From: an uncultured virus (IMG/VR IMGVR_UViG_3300005530_000024)
Lineage: Duplodnaviria > Heunggongvirae > Uroviricota > Caudoviricetes
IMG/VR virus record: IMGVR_UViG_3300005530_000024
Direction: 5' to 3' (one strand)
DNA: 64,000 nt
Part shown: positions 27,801 through 37,646 of the stretch, in pieces
How positions within the stretch are numbered: the first letter of the stretch is position 1
Layout of the letters: the number at the start of each line of letters is the position of its first letter
Notes under the pieces: model-generated
Told to the model about the DNA's origin: nothing
The model's database searches: none
The model's input: only the letters and a program-made list of their open reading frames with translations
Position numbers and translations under genes: made by a program

Positions 27801-30358
27801 TGTCGGATGCGATCTTCGAATCTCAGATGAAGGAGAAAGACCTTCAGCTGCAGATGATGAAGATTGAAGATGTTACTGGGCCAATGCAAGATGTTCAGTC
27901 CCGCATGCAGGCACTGCAGGGCTCGATGGACGCCTTGAGAGGGACATCTAAGGCTCTCCGTGAGGCCGGCGCTTCGGCTGATATTACTGGTGTCTATGAT
28001 CAGCAAGTGACTGCTATGCAAAAGCAGTACGATGATACAAAGAATCAGGTTGCTCAATACGACCAGTTAAATCAGCAGCTGACTGACGCTCAGCGCAAGA
28101 CTCAAGAGTTGCAATTACAGGATAGTCTGACTTATGATCCGCTAACGAAGCAGATCAACGATGCTGCGACAGCGATGAAGGAGTTGCCGTTCGATCAGAT
28201 TCTTAAGGGTGTAACTGATTCCAAGGCAGCCTTGGATCAGTACACAAGTCAGTATGACGCAGCAACCGCTGCGGTCAAGGAGCAAGAAGAAGTTATCAAG
28301 TCTATCACCGCTAAGCGTGATGCACTGCAGGCAACTTATGACACCGAGAACGCCAAGCTAGACCAGCTTAAGAAGGCTTATCAAGATGTCGGACAGGCGA
28401 TTAGTGATGTAAACGCCGAGTTGCAGAAGTTAACCTCATCTGCGAACAACATTAACCAGGCTGCAGCTGCCGCAGCCAAGGCTGGCAAGGCGGGCAGTAA
28501 CCTTGATAAGAACTTCGCCGCCGCTGCCGGGGGTAATTTCCCATCTGCTATCGGTACTGGTGATATCGCCGGAGGCAAGGCTGGTGATATTGCAGGTATT
28601 GACGCACTTACCAAGCAGGCGCAGGAAAATCTACAGAACGCTCTTGGCAAGCTTAATCCGTTCGGTGGGATAAAGAAGAAGTGGGATGAGTTCACGGGGT
28701 GGTGGACAGGTACTGTAACGCCTGGTGTTTCTAAGTTGTGGCGACAGGTTACGGGTAGCGGCACAGTGTCCGGAGCAGCTTCTAGTGCTTGGGACGGACT
28801 GGTTCGAGGTTTCGAAGCAGCAAACAAGTGGCTCGAGCCGTTGTGGCGACAGTTGAGTATGCTCTGGGCACTCTTTAAGCCTGATGTGGTTAAGTTTTGG
28901 CATGATCTGCGTGATGCGTTTATGCAGATCGGAAATGATATTGGGCCAAAGATTCTACCGTTACTGCAGTCGCTTGGGCATCTGCTACAGACGCTGTGGC
29001 CCGCAGTTAAGTTGCTTGCCGAGATAGTTGGGATCGTGCTTGTCGCAGCTTTGAAAATAGCTGCGGATATCTTCGTTAATGTTCTTGGAACAGCACTTCA
29101 CACCATTATCGCAGTTCTCGGTGATGTTATTCGGATCATTACTGATGTTGTGAACTTTGTCACTGACATTATTAATGGCGACTGGGCAGCAGCCTGGCAT
29201 GACGCGGTTGATTTCGTAGAGGCAACCTTCTCGTTGATTGGTCATATCATCGAGGGTGCCGGCAAGTTAGTCTGGGGTATCGTCAAGGGATTCGTAACTG
29301 GTATTGTAGACTTCTTCAAGTGGCTCTACGATGTTCTTGTCGGACACTCCATCATTCCTGACTTGATCAACTCTATTGTAGATTGGTTTGGTGGTCTGCC
29401 TGAAAAGCTGCTAAAGGCCCTTGAGAATTTAGGCAAGCTACTGGTCAATCTATTTGCTAACGCCTTCGACCTTGTTTACAATAACATGAAGGCTCACTGG
29501 GCTACGATACTTGCATGGACTGTAGGCTTGCCTGTAACACTGATAGCCAAGTTGGCAGGCCTTGGTGGCAAACTAGCCAGCTGGGCGGCAGGGGCATTTG
29601 ACTCTGCACTTAATGCCTTCAAGACGCACTGGCAGTTAATCCTTAGCTGGGCAACTGGTATCCCGGTTGCACTTATCCAGGCTGCTTCTAGCCTTGCAGG
29701 AAAGTTGGCTAACTGGGCAGCTAATGGTATTGATACAGCACTCAATGCTTTCAGGACTCACTGGCAGATACTTCTCAGCTGGGTGACTGGACTCCCCCAT
29801 AGTATCGTGACATCTCTAGGAAATCTTGGAAACCTGCTTTACAGCGTAGGCGGCGATCTCGTTGGTGGCATCAAGCGAGGAATTGAAGACTCTTGGCACA
29901 CGGTAGTTGACAGTATTTCGGGACTTGCATCCCATTTGCCTAGCCCAATCAAGAAGTTCTTTGGAATCGCTTCGCCGTCGAAGCTAATGGCGAAAGAGAT
30001 CGGTGGCCCTCTTGCTCAAGGTATCGGAGTAGGCTTTATCAACGAGAAGCCCTTTATCCTTAACCAGATGAAGGATATCTCGAATGCAATCAGTGCATAC
30101 AAGTTTGCTACCCCGGTCCTTCCGGCTATCGGAACTTTGCCCTCGATTACTTCGTTTGCAGGAAAAATGCCTGCACCTACAGTTCCTCCTCCTCCACCGC
30201 CGCCGCCGCCGGTTTCTCCACCTACTACGTCAGCTTCCAGTGAGGGCAAGTCAACAACTTTACATGTTGACAAACTGGTGTTACCTAATATAACGTCTGG
30301 TGCTGATGCACAAGAGTTGATTGACGCCCTCGAAGCACTTGCGAACGGAAGTCGATAG
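24839..30358 (+). CDS. Tape measure protein
   Basis: 1839 aa; TP901-like core, hydrophobic segments, coiled coils, Trp repeats, HSPS and GIASPSK motifs. Confidence 0.95.
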   Translation: MESYLNITIRVAKAQAEAALASLRGEITGLNSAMRGGAGFNTATSVAGVDRLTGSIRSAGYALSATFTAPLLLAGRSLLSFSLANETAMADLKKVYGTNPLADYSKDVAALGKNFEALSNEYGVNQTEVIKIGAAWAAAGVQGAALARSVDNTLKTMVIGDINSAQATEALISIQGQYGASASDLTKILNDLNVVENTTAISMEGLITGFQRAAGAAANGGVTYRELAALLAAITPYAGTAAQAGNSLKTIISNLEAPSHAASEALKLVGINIADTGWKSATATDKLKEVAKAFENLSDAQKNVIARQLSGAFQVSRFDVLLRDIALSLDKTTAAQSRYGKAMAATIDPTVNAEVAQKELQTVLDSNPKKLQILGDMMKNNLADILVKLLPVIISIVAAVNSLVTWFSNLNPNVQKAVGIFLLLMAALGPVLLYLSALRDVARFGGDALFFFLKPLGLIPAALSLILAPARGAMALIGAIGALFTFSGRQATTGAVQVGASVAEMTASISANTEIIAANLFELINVIREQFAQMFLILRSIASAGFGTVAEEATVGMAATDTAVAAGLDLVVATFTTGGASIVAIWTATMGFIFNETVAGMGTINAEAATGMAALLGETETGLVLWNAEFAAAQLRNTVIINEGFLAQVSATRAGMLAIEGETAAGAAAASGGLLSGLARIPALILGFFIGLPGKIVGLLVGLPGMLLRVISGIAPAILTGGRAILAALTGPIGIAIAAVLLAVALFRKQIEEGWDSVVHWFQSGSNAVAGALAPLVNVFYDAISLVIKGFDALPQGVQSALMAVVNIVKSAAEAVYSLFSYLNPWAHHSPSLVENVTTGMQAVMAQFALLEDVSGPIDKAYNDIKRFGSAVAALEGHSNTITVNADVANIRKAGGGTGAVNAYLTETADVAALTARQAALNAAMKQQQAIVDKLDSGIKAYNQQLAAQNAILAQLQETQSAAQEGMSQAQSDLQKYQSYGIIGQKAMSDAIFESQMKEKDLQLQMMKIEDVTGPMQDVQSRMQALQGSMDALRGTSKALREAGASADITGVYDQQVTAMQKQYDDTKNQVAQYDQLNQQLTDAQRKTQELQLQDSLTYDPLTKQINDAATAMKELPFDQILKGVTDSKAALDQYTSQYDAATAAVKEQEEVIKSITAKRDALQATYDTENAKLDQLKKAYQDVGQAISDVNAELQKLTSSANNINQAAAAAAKAGKAGSNLDKNFAAAAGGNFPSAIGTGDIAGGKAGDIAGIDALTKQAQENLQNALGKLNPFGGIKKKWDEFTGWWTGTVTPGVSKLWRQVTGSGTVSGAASSAWDGLVRGFEAANKWLEPLWRQLSMLWALFKPDVVKFWHDLRDAFMQIGNDIGPKILPLLQSLGHLLQTLWPAVKLLAEIVGIVLVAALKIAADIFVNVLGTALHTIIAVLGDVIRIITDVVNFVTDIINGDWAAAWHDAVDFVEATFSLIGHIIEGAGKLVWGIVKGFVTGIVDFFKWLYDVLVGHSIIPDLINSIVDWFGGLPEKLLKALENLGKLLVNLFANAFDLVYNNMKAHWATILAWTVGLPVTLIAKLAGLGGKLASWAAGAFDSALNAFKTHWQLILSWATGIPVALIQAASSLAGKLANWAANGIDTALNAFRTHWQILLSWVTGLPHSIVTSLGNLGNLLYSVGGDLVGGIKRGIEDSWHTVVDSISGLASHLPSPIKKFFGIASPSKLMAKEIGGPLAQGIGVGFINEKPFILNQMKDISNAISAYKFATPVLPAIGTLPSITSFAGKMPAPTVPPPPPPPPPVSPPTTSASSEGKSTTLHVDKLVLPNITSGADAQELIDALEALANGSR

Positions 30359-33300
30359 ATGGCAAACACGCTCGTACGGTTTCTCGGTGGCCCGGCTGGT
30401 CTAGGCGGACCAGTAGGAAAGCGTGCTTCTCATCGACTGTCAGATGGAACACTGGTAATGGTGGTAGCGGACGCCAACAGGTCTGGAGTTTCTGGGGCAG
30501 CTGGGGACAACTCGAACACTCAGAAACTTTATATCTATAGCTCTCCTGACGCCACAACTTGGACATTGAAGGCAACTCTCGCTACCACGATCACATCTGC
30601 TAGCAGTATCCTTGGTTATTCGTCTGTTGTTGATTCTGCCGATAGTGTTCACATCGTCTGGATTGACGGCGGCGCTGCGGTAAAATGGGTTAAGGCTACC
30701 TATAGCGCTGGAGCATTCACACTTGGAGCTGCGGTAACTGTTTACACGTCAGCTTCTAACTTTGTAGCATCTAGAGTAGATATCGACTGCTTTTCTACGA
30801 CTCAGCCTATCATCGCAGTCTATACACAGTCGACGATTGGCACAGGGGCTGCTCTCGGCGCAAAGGCGTATGCATTTCTTCTTTCAACTACTGGCACGGT
30901 TCTCTACACCAAGTCAATTCAGATACTGTCGGGCGTGAATGCCAAGGCGTATTCTGATGATATTACAATCACGGCTACTCACGAGACAGTTTCATCCAAT
31001 AAGGGCAGCTGGATGATGATCGCTTCGGCGCAACCAGCTTCCGGTGTAGATAGTGGTGACTACCTCTGGGTTGGCCAAGTCAATACGAATACTGGCGCTG
31101 AGATCAATTTCCTAACTGACAGTGCTATACCATTGTCAGGAAAGCAGTATCGTAAGTACATGCTCTTTTGTGCTGATGGCTCAAAGGAGCTTGTCTATGG
31201 CGTAATAACTGCTGGCACGGGAGCAGTGTACGGCTATCGCAGAATGAACATTACTTCAGCGGGAGCAGTTACATACCAGAGTAGTTTAGCGACTACCGCA
31301 CTTAGTGGTTACGTTCCAGATGCTCCAGGTGTCAATGGGTACATCACTGCAACAATGCAGTATGTCGATAACACTTACTGTGCGATGACCTATGCCTTTA
31401 CGCAAGCAGATACGAACTGCTTTAATGTAACGGCGCAGACAAAGACTGGAGTGTTTCGTGCGAATGCGCTCACTCTAGATCAGGGCATTTCGCTAACAGC
31501 CAACGCTGTCGGCTGTGTTTCCGGGGGCAATAACCGCAACTTCAACAGAGCTCAGATCAACTTCCTGATTCATTATTACGCACACGTCTATCAGGCTCGT
31601 TGCGTGTTTCCGAGTCTGCCTAACGCGCCTGCTAATGTCATTCCGTCGTCTGGAGCGACTGTCCAAACTGCGCTCCCGTCAGTGGGGGCAGATTTCAAAC
31701 TTCCTTACTCGACTCCGTCAGGCGTTGTGCAACAGTTCTACTACATCGCAAAAGACGCTGGCCTAACAACAAGTCGAAAGTCTATCTTAAGTCCGAATCT
31801 CTACACCCCACAGTTTACCGATGTGGCGCACGGGCTTAAGGTATCAGACCTTTACTCACCGACAGACCTGTCCCTGGAATTAACCCAGGGTGTTTGGTAC
31901 ATCGGTGCTTACACCTATGACGAGTGGCAAAGGTTCAGTGTTGTCTCTGCGGTAACGAGTTTTACAGTTTCTCATCCACCGTCTGGCGCAAACCTTCATC
32001 CTACGGGTGGACAGATACTTTCCTATGGTGCCGGAACGGTTACGCTAGCCTGGGCCTTTACTGATCCCTACATTAACGACCACCAGTCAGCGTTTCAGGC
32101 ACAGATTCAGACGACCGCAGGTGCTAGCGTCTACGATTCGGGTAAGGTTACATCTTCTAGTGGGTCGGTGAATGTTGCGGTCTCATCGACATACAAAGAC
32201 GTTCAGTTGCAGTGGCGCGTTATGCTTTGGGATAAGGATGGTGTAGCTGGAGCGTTCTCGGGATGGCAGGTATTCTATGTATCTGATCCGCCCGTAGTCA
32301 CGGTTACGTCGCCAACTCCTGCCCAGGTCTTTACTACTGGAATTCCAGTCATCACGTTTACCAATGGCATCGGAGGCAGTAAGTCTCAGGCCAGTTACGC
32401 TGTACAGATCTACGATGGTGTCACTGGACAGTCTGTCTATTACGCCTTGGTATCAGGTACCGCACTGTCGCACACCCTCCCAACTGGAGTAATCCACAAC
32501 GCGAAGTCATACACAGTCGTAGTTACAGTCACCGATACTCTGGGATTGTCGTCCTCGAGTGTTCCGGTAGGCTTCACGACCTCCTGGACGCCGCCAGCTG
32601 CAGCTGACATTGTGCGAGTCTATCTCTACCGTTACATTTCTGACGGCTATGTGTTCATCGGCTGGAGTAACCTCAATTATGACTCTCGCTTTGTTGCTTG
32701 GAACCTGTACAGGCGAGCAGTAGGTGATAGTCTCTGGGAGCTGATCAATAGCACTTCTGATGTTCAACTCACTTACGGCTACCGTGATTACGACGTAAAG
32801 GCAGGTAAACTTTATCAATACGCAATCACTCAGGTAGTCAATGTCCTAGGTGATCAGATTGAATCAGTACTGGCACCTGGCGCACAGGTGTCTATCCCGT
32901 CTGCATCTTATTGGTTAATTGATTCTTTGGGTATATTTGATTCAGTACCAATCTTCAGTGTTACAGCGGACAAGTACACAAACGAACAGGATTCAGCAAC
33001 TTATACAGTTGTTGGTCTCGGTCGCGTTGTGGACGAGGGAGATATTCTCGGCGTAAATGGATCAATGACAATCGAGGTGCGCGACAAGGCAACTGGCCTA
33101 GTAGCCTCGATTAACCAGTTCCTCAACCCAGCAATGCAAGCCGCAACCTTTGTAAACCAACCAGACAACTGGACTATAGCTGGCACCGGATCATTCGGTG
33201 CTATCTCAACTGACTACTACACTTTCTACGAGCCGGCTCCCAACGGAGAGCTGATTAATTTCGTAATGCGTGCAAGTGCTCTTGGAAATGGTTCAGGTGA

Positions 33301-33943
33301 TGCGCTAACAATTTCGCAACTGATCACATCGGACAGGCTGCCATGTGTTCCCGGCTCTACGTTCAGTCATACCGAGTGGTATGCAGTTGAGCCTGTTGTT
33401 GGCAACGTGCTAAGTCTTCCGACTGTAAAGTCCAAGGTTACTTACTACAACAGTGCAAATGCTGTCATCAGTACTGAGACTATCAGTGCGAATCGAGTTG
33501 ACACTTACGAACCGAGTAGTTCTGGAGATCTCAACACTGGCTCGTGGGCTCGATACGAGGCGTTGCACAATATGCCTCTGCTGACTGACCATATGACGGT
33601 TCAAACTGTAATCCAGAGTACCGTCTCTGGTGGGTACGGTCTCATTACAGGTGGCTCACAGCTTGAAGCAAAGACCACTCCCTACTTTGATGGCAATTCT
33701 CGAGGTGCTAACTGGACCGGTGCAGCAAATGCTTCTTCGAGTTACACGAGCGGGTACTACACTGCGACAAATCAACTCGAAGATATTCAGACTATCAAGA
33801 ACATCGGCAGGCCGTTGTATTTAAAGACTCCATTCGGTCAGTCGTTTTATGTGAAGCTTCCCAACAATGACTTTGATCGGATGGCTGGAGTAACGGCAGA
33901 GTTTGGTACGATGACTCTACCGTACATTGAGGTGGCTTTCTAG
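30359..33943 (+). CDS. Minor tail protein (beta-rich/FN3-like domains, distal-tail-like C-terminus with carbohydrate-binding-like insert)
   Basis: Follows the tape measure; W.FTD...D.QSA, PYFDG..W.G motifs. Confidence 0.8.
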   Translation: MANTLVRFLGGPAGLGGPVGKRASHRLSDGTLVMVVADANRSGVSGAAGDNSNTQKLYIYSSPDATTWTLKATLATTITSASSILGYSSVVDSADSVHIVWIDGGAAVKWVKATYSAGAFTLGAAVTVYTSASNFVASRVDIDCFSTTQPIIAVYTQSTIGTGAALGAKAYAFLLSTTGTVLYTKSIQILSGVNAKAYSDDITITATHETVSSNKGSWMMIASAQPASGVDSGDYLWVGQVNTNTGAEINFLTDSAIPLSGKQYRKYMLFCADGSKELVYGVITAGTGAVYGYRRMNITSAGAVTYQSSLATTALSGYVPDAPGVNGYITATMQYVDNTYCAMTYAFTQADTNCFNVTAQTKTGVFRANALTLDQGISLTANAVGCVSGGNNRNFNRAQINFLIHYYAHVYQARCVFPSLPNAPANVIPSSGATVQTALPSVGADFKLPYSTPSGVVQQFYYIAKDAGLTTSRKSILSPNLYTPQFTDVAHGLKVSDLYSPTDLSLELTQGVWYIGAYTYDEWQRFSVVSAVTSFTVSHPPSGANLHPTGGQILSYGAGTVTLAWAFTDPYINDHQSAFQAQIQTTAGASVYDSGKVTSSSGSVNVAVSSTYKDVQLQWRVMLWDKDGVAGAFSGWQVFYVSDPPVVTVTSPTPAQVFTTGIPVITFTNGIGGSKSQASYAVQIYDGVTGQSVYYALVSGTALSHTLPTGVIHNAKSYTVVVTVTDTLGLSSSSVPVGFTTSWTPPAAADIVRVYLYRYISDGYVFIGWSNLNYDSRFVAWNLYRRAVGDSLWELINSTSDVQLTYGYRDYDVKAGKLYQYAITQVVNVLGDQIESVLAPGAQVSIPSASYWLIDSLGIFDSVPIFSVTADKYTNEQDSATYTVVGLGRVVDEGDILGVNGSMTIEVRDKATGLVASINQFLNPAMQAATFVNQPDNWTIAGTGSFGAISTDYYTFYEPAPNGELINFVMRASALGNGSGDALTISQLITSDRLPCVPGSTFSHTEWYAVEPVVGNVLSLPTVKSKVTYYNSANAVISTETISANRVDTYEPSSSGDLNTGSWARYEALHNMPLLTDHMTVQTVIQSTVSGGYGLITGGSQLEAKTTPYFDGNSRGANWTGAANASSSYTSGYYTATNQLEDIQTIKNIGRPLYLKTPFGQSFYVKLPNNDFDRMAGVTAEFGTMTLPYIEVAF

Positions 33944-35679
33944 TGGGAAGTTTTGTCTCGACCTCGGTTATCAATGCGATTCTTTCTGGTAATACCTCTG
34001 TAACACGCCGGGCCGAGCTTTATGAAGCTGATGGTGTTACGCCGTACGTATTGGGGCCAAAGGTCAAAGATGGTACGGTTACGGTGGATTACACTCGTGT
34101 AGATCGGCGGAACTTTGATCTAACTCTGGACAATACAGAAGGACTGATCATCCATGATCCTGTGAATGGTCTTTGGTATGACAAGATAATCAAGGTGTAC
34201 AGAGGCGTTAAATATCAGAATCTTAAGCGTAGTCCATCACTCGCGCTACTCGGTCTTAGTAGTTCCGGTTCTGATGTAATTGTAAATGCATTCAGACGTA
34301 TCGGTCTAACCGATTTTACCTTTTTTCCAGATACTGCTTCGTTGCAAGTTGGAGATTTACTTGGGTTCGACATAGTCGTCGGTTATTCAAAAGACTCTGA
34401 CTTGTCAGCTTCTGTTGCAGCGTTACTGTCTGGGGTCTATAACGCAAGTGGGAACGTACTTAGCGTCTGCAACTTTGCCACAAGCGCAAGTGTTCCACTG
34501 ATCGCTACAACTGCAATACGAGGCCTATCGACTGCCTGGGACGTTAATCCACCGATCTATGACAACTTGTTTCAATCTAAGTTCGCTAGCTTTAACACCT
34601 CTGCTACCAACGGCGAGACTATAATCTCGACCGTTGCTCCTGGGGTTCGCGTAGTCGGCACTACGACTTTTGCAAGCAGTCAGTCACCGTCTATCCTCGT
34701 GGCTCAGAATTCAAGCGGTGGTCAGTGGCTGCACTACCATCCGCAGATTAACCTAAACTTCACTCCTCAGAGTAATGTCGGATTGTTTCTCATCTTGTTT
34801 CAAGCGTTTATCAGCTGGCTATATAGCTACGGTGCAACTGAGCAATACGAAACACAGGTCGGCGAGTTCTGCATCGACAAGATTAGCGAGCCGAGATTTC
34901 CACACGAGATCAAGATCTCAGGCAGGGATTATGCCAAGCTGTTGAGTCTGAGCAAGTTCGACCAGACTGTTACCTTTGTGGTCGGTACAAGTGTTGATCT
35001 GCTTGTTCAGGCAGAGGCTGCAAATGGTGGCGTCTATAAATGCAAGCTCGCAGGTGATGGAGCTGTTTTGCCTGGCGATCTAACCTTCGGGCGAGGCTCA
35101 GATCGCATGACAGCTATCGTTGCCATCTGTGCATCCGTTAATCAGGAAGTATTCTTTGACCCGTTCGGCTTTATTGTTACTCGCGCCTTCCTTGATCCTG
35201 CAACTTCGCCGATTAGTCTCTATCTTAACCTCGGCGGTATCGAGGCGAATATTGTCAGTATGGAAAAGACATCGGAAGACAGTCGCCTGTTTAACCGGAT
35301 TGTCTGTACTGGCGCATCCGCGTCAAACTCGGTGCAAGGGTTGACCTACGAAGGAATAGCCGAGAATCACGAGCCGTCGTCTCCGACGCGAATCGAACGA
35401 CTAGGAGAACGATCAGACTTTATTGACATGCCGACGTTTACCTCCGATGCACAGTGCGCCGCTTGGGCGTTGAGCATACTAAAGGTTTCCGCTCTTGAAT
35501 CGTATGACCTCAACTACAGTTCTCGCGTGTTTCCTTGGCTTGAGGCAGGCGAGATAACTCAGTACGTAGACACCTTTAACAGCAGTGATCCAGCTAGGTA
35601 CCTCTTGACTAACTTCAATATTCCGTTAGCACTGGCTCCCCAGACGGGCAATGCTAAACGAGTTTCGATTGTGGGCTGA
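33943..35679 (+). CDS. Minor tail/baseplate-hub-like protein
   Basis: G.VTVD....RR, GEF.ID, GRDY.K.L, FFD..G, LFN..V.G motifs. Confidence 0.8.
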   Translation: MGSFVSTSVINAILSGNTSVTRRAELYEADGVTPYVLGPKVKDGTVTVDYTRVDRRNFDLTLDNTEGLIIHDPVNGLWYDKIIKVYRGVKYQNLKRSPSLALLGLSSSGSDVIVNAFRRIGLTDFTFFPDTASLQVGDLLGFDIVVGYSKDSDLSASVAALLSGVYNASGNVLSVCNFATSASVPLIATTAIRGLSTAWDVNPPIYDNLFQSKFASFNTSATNGETIISTVAPGVRVVGTTTFASSQSPSILVAQNSSGGQWLHYHPQINLNFTPQSNVGLFLILFQAFISWLYSYGATEQYETQVGEFCIDKISEPRFPHEIKISGRDYAKLLSLSKFDQTVTFVVGTSVDLLVQAEAANGGVYKCKLAGDGAVLPGDLTFGRGSDRMTAIVAICASVNQEVFFDPFGFIVTRAFLDPATSPISLYLNLGGIEANIVSMEKTSEDSRLFNRIVCTGASASNSVQGLTYEGIAENHEPSSPTRIERLGERSDFIDMPTFTSDAQCAAWALSILKVSALESYDLNYSSRVFPWLEAGEITQYVDTFNSSDPARYLLTNFNIPLALAPQTGNAKRVSIVG

Positions 35680-35682
35680 GTG

Positions 35683-35982
35683 ATGCCAGCAAACTTAAAC
35701 GATTTCAACACTGCGGTCAGACTTCATCAGATTATCACAAAGATCATCGACCGTCAGCTCAGAAAGTTGAGACCACTCCCTCGCTACGGAACAGTGACTG
35801 GAGCGGTCAATCCAACTACACAGAAAGTATTAGTACAGATAGGTAGAGACACGAACTCGATTGCGATTCCCTGTTCACCCTGGATGACTCCGACTGTCGG
35901 TAGTTATGTCAGAATTGAAGGTCCAGACTCTGATCTGTTCATCACGCATGTGCTAAAAGGTGGAATTGTACCTGGACCGTAG
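35683..35982 (+). CDS. Small minor tail protein (OB-fold-like)
   Basis: RYGTV...P.VG..V motif; end of the tail operon. Confidence 0.65.
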   Translation: MPANLNDFNTAVRLHQIITKIIDRQLRKLRPLPRYGTVTGAVNPTTQKVLVQIGRDTNSIAIPCSPWMTPTVGSYVRIEGPDSDLFITHVLKGGIVPGP

Positions 35983-36139
35983 GTAGGACTAGATAGAGCT
36001 TGAAACCGTTCACTTGACGGTGATTATACCATGACGAGGAAAGTACGTGCGTCGTCAGGAGTTGAGATCCAATTGACTGCGATACTTCTCCATAAGGGGG
36101 GTACACCTTATCGTACCTGTCAGTCAGGCCATATCTTCG

Positions 36140-36607
36140 GTGTGGTCTGTGATTAAGAGAGCGGCACGGGCTACCAAAGATCCGGCACAGAGGCTTCGGA
36201 TTCTCTGGTTTGTTCTAGGCATAGCTGTGTCCTTAGTCTTTATGGAGATAGGCGGCGGATATGCTTTTGCCGGGAAAGAGGGGACTCTTGTTCCGACTGC
36301 GTTCAGGGTCATCCTTCTCGGCGGGCATCTGCCTGGCGGCTTTCACACTCACGGCTGGATCATGGTTTTACTTGGGCTTCTTCAACTCTGGGGAATATCC
36401 TCAATCTCTCAGCGCTGCAACCGCTGGAACTGGAATCTCGTACAGGTCTCGGCATACGGTCTCATCGGCTACTCGATCTGGATTACAGTTGCTTTTGCCG
36501 GAGGGTCACTACTTACCCATCAGTACAACGCAGCGATCTGGTTCTACCTATTCACTGCAATTATCGCAACTGCAAAAACTCTCCTCCCCCCGCCGTTCAG
36601 GAGATAA
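36140..36607 (+). CDS. Multi-pass membrane protein (lysis region)
   Basis: About 4 hydrophobic segments; start uncertain. Confidence 0.65.
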   Translation: MWSVIKRAARATKDPAQRLRILWFVLGIAVSLVFMEIGGGYAFAGKEGTLVPTAFRVILLGGHLPGGFHTHGWIMVLLGLLQLWGISSISQRCNRWNWNLVQVSAYGLIGYSIWITVAFAGGSLLTHQYNAAIWFYLFTAIIATAKTLLPPPFRR

Positions 36608-36614
36608 TTCGAGC

Positions 36615-37043
36615 GTGCATCATCTGTTAGCGGGTGTTCTTGACTTTCTCACTGCAGATGCTTCTAGCGCTCCATCTTCACCTAGTCCATCTCCGGTGCA
36701 GCAGGGTTCACCAGATACGACTGCAATCAAGGTTGCAATTATCTCAGCGGTAGGACTGGTTCTTTCAGTATCAGTTCCATCGCTTGTCGCAACCTTTAAC
36801 CGGAATCGAGTTGAGACTCCTGTTGTTGCAGCTGACAACTTAGAGAAGGAGTTGCGCAGGCGAGCTGAAGCTGCTGAAGCTCAGCTCGTAGAGAAAGACA
36901 AGGAAATTCATCAGCGGTCGATTGGTACACAGCTTAGAGATGAAAAGATAGAGAGGCTTGAGAATCTTCTTTGGTCTCACGGTATTAACCCAGCATCTGA
37001 ACCGCCGTTAACAGCTTCGGGGGGAGCTAAAAATGACTCATAG
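36615..37043 (+). CDS. Single-TM coiled-coil membrane protein (lysis region)
   Basis: GTG after AGGAG; TM segment, then coiled coil. Confidence 0.65.
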   Translation: MHHLLAGVLDFLTADASSAPSSPSPSPVQQGSPDTTAIKVAIISAVGLVLSVSVPSLVATFNRNRVETPVVAADNLEKELRRRAEAAEAQLVEKDKEIHQRSIGTQLRDEKIERLENLLWSHGINPASEPPLTASGGAKNDS

Positions 37044-37638
37044 CGTAAGTGTAAGTCGTAGACGCAGGCTTCCGAGATTTCCGTTCTTCAAGGACGAGAA
37101 AGTTGTCCCTGGCCTTACAACGGCTCGCGTGATTCGTTTGTTTATTATTACAGTTGTACTTGCTCTCTTGGTCTTGGGCTACGCAGTCAACAAGGTTGTT
37201 GACCTCCAGGATGGTCTCCGAGATACCATTACAAACGGGCGGGCCGCTCGTTTGGCGGATCAGAGGCGCACTGATGCACTGATCAGAGCGAATCAGATTC
37301 GTGACGATAAGGCGATCCAGGATCTCGTCTGCTTTGCTGTTTCTGATGTTCCTCCAGGAAGGTCAGTGAAGGCTGATGAGTTTCGCGCGAAGTATAAGTG
37401 CCCGCCCTACAAGGCAACAAAAGCTGGTTCGGTCGGATCGGCTAGTGCGGCTCCGGGGGCACCTAGCACGGCTGTTACCGTATCTAGCAGCCCAGCGGCG
37501 GTACCCAGCGCGTCCGTGACGGCATCCTCTAGTCCTAGCGGGTCAATGTCACCAATCCCCACAGCTAGCACGTCGTCCTCGCCGATAATAAATCTTTCAA
37601 GCATCCTATGTTCGCCTCGAACTCCATTGTGTAGGTAG
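37033..37638 (+). CDS. Single-TM protein with Ser-rich tail (lysis region)
   Basis: TM, coiled coil, Cys pairs, Ser/Ala/Pro tail. Confidence 0.7.
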   Translation: MTHSVSVSRRRRLPRFPFFKDEKVVPGLTTARVIRLFIITVVLALLVLGYAVNKVVDLQDGLRDTITNGRAARLADQRRTDALIRANQIRDDKAIQDLVCFAVSDVPPGRSVKADEFRAKYKCPPYKATKAGSVGSASAAPGAPSTAVTVSSSPAAVPSASVTASSSPSGSMSPIPTASTSSSPIINLSSILCSPRTPLCR

Positions 37639-37646
37639 GAGAAGTC

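Noticed and set aside
29460..29790. Repeats in the tape measure as a DGR template/variable repeat
   Set aside because: Ordinary protein-level tape measure repeats; no reverse transcriptase and no adenine-specific differences seen
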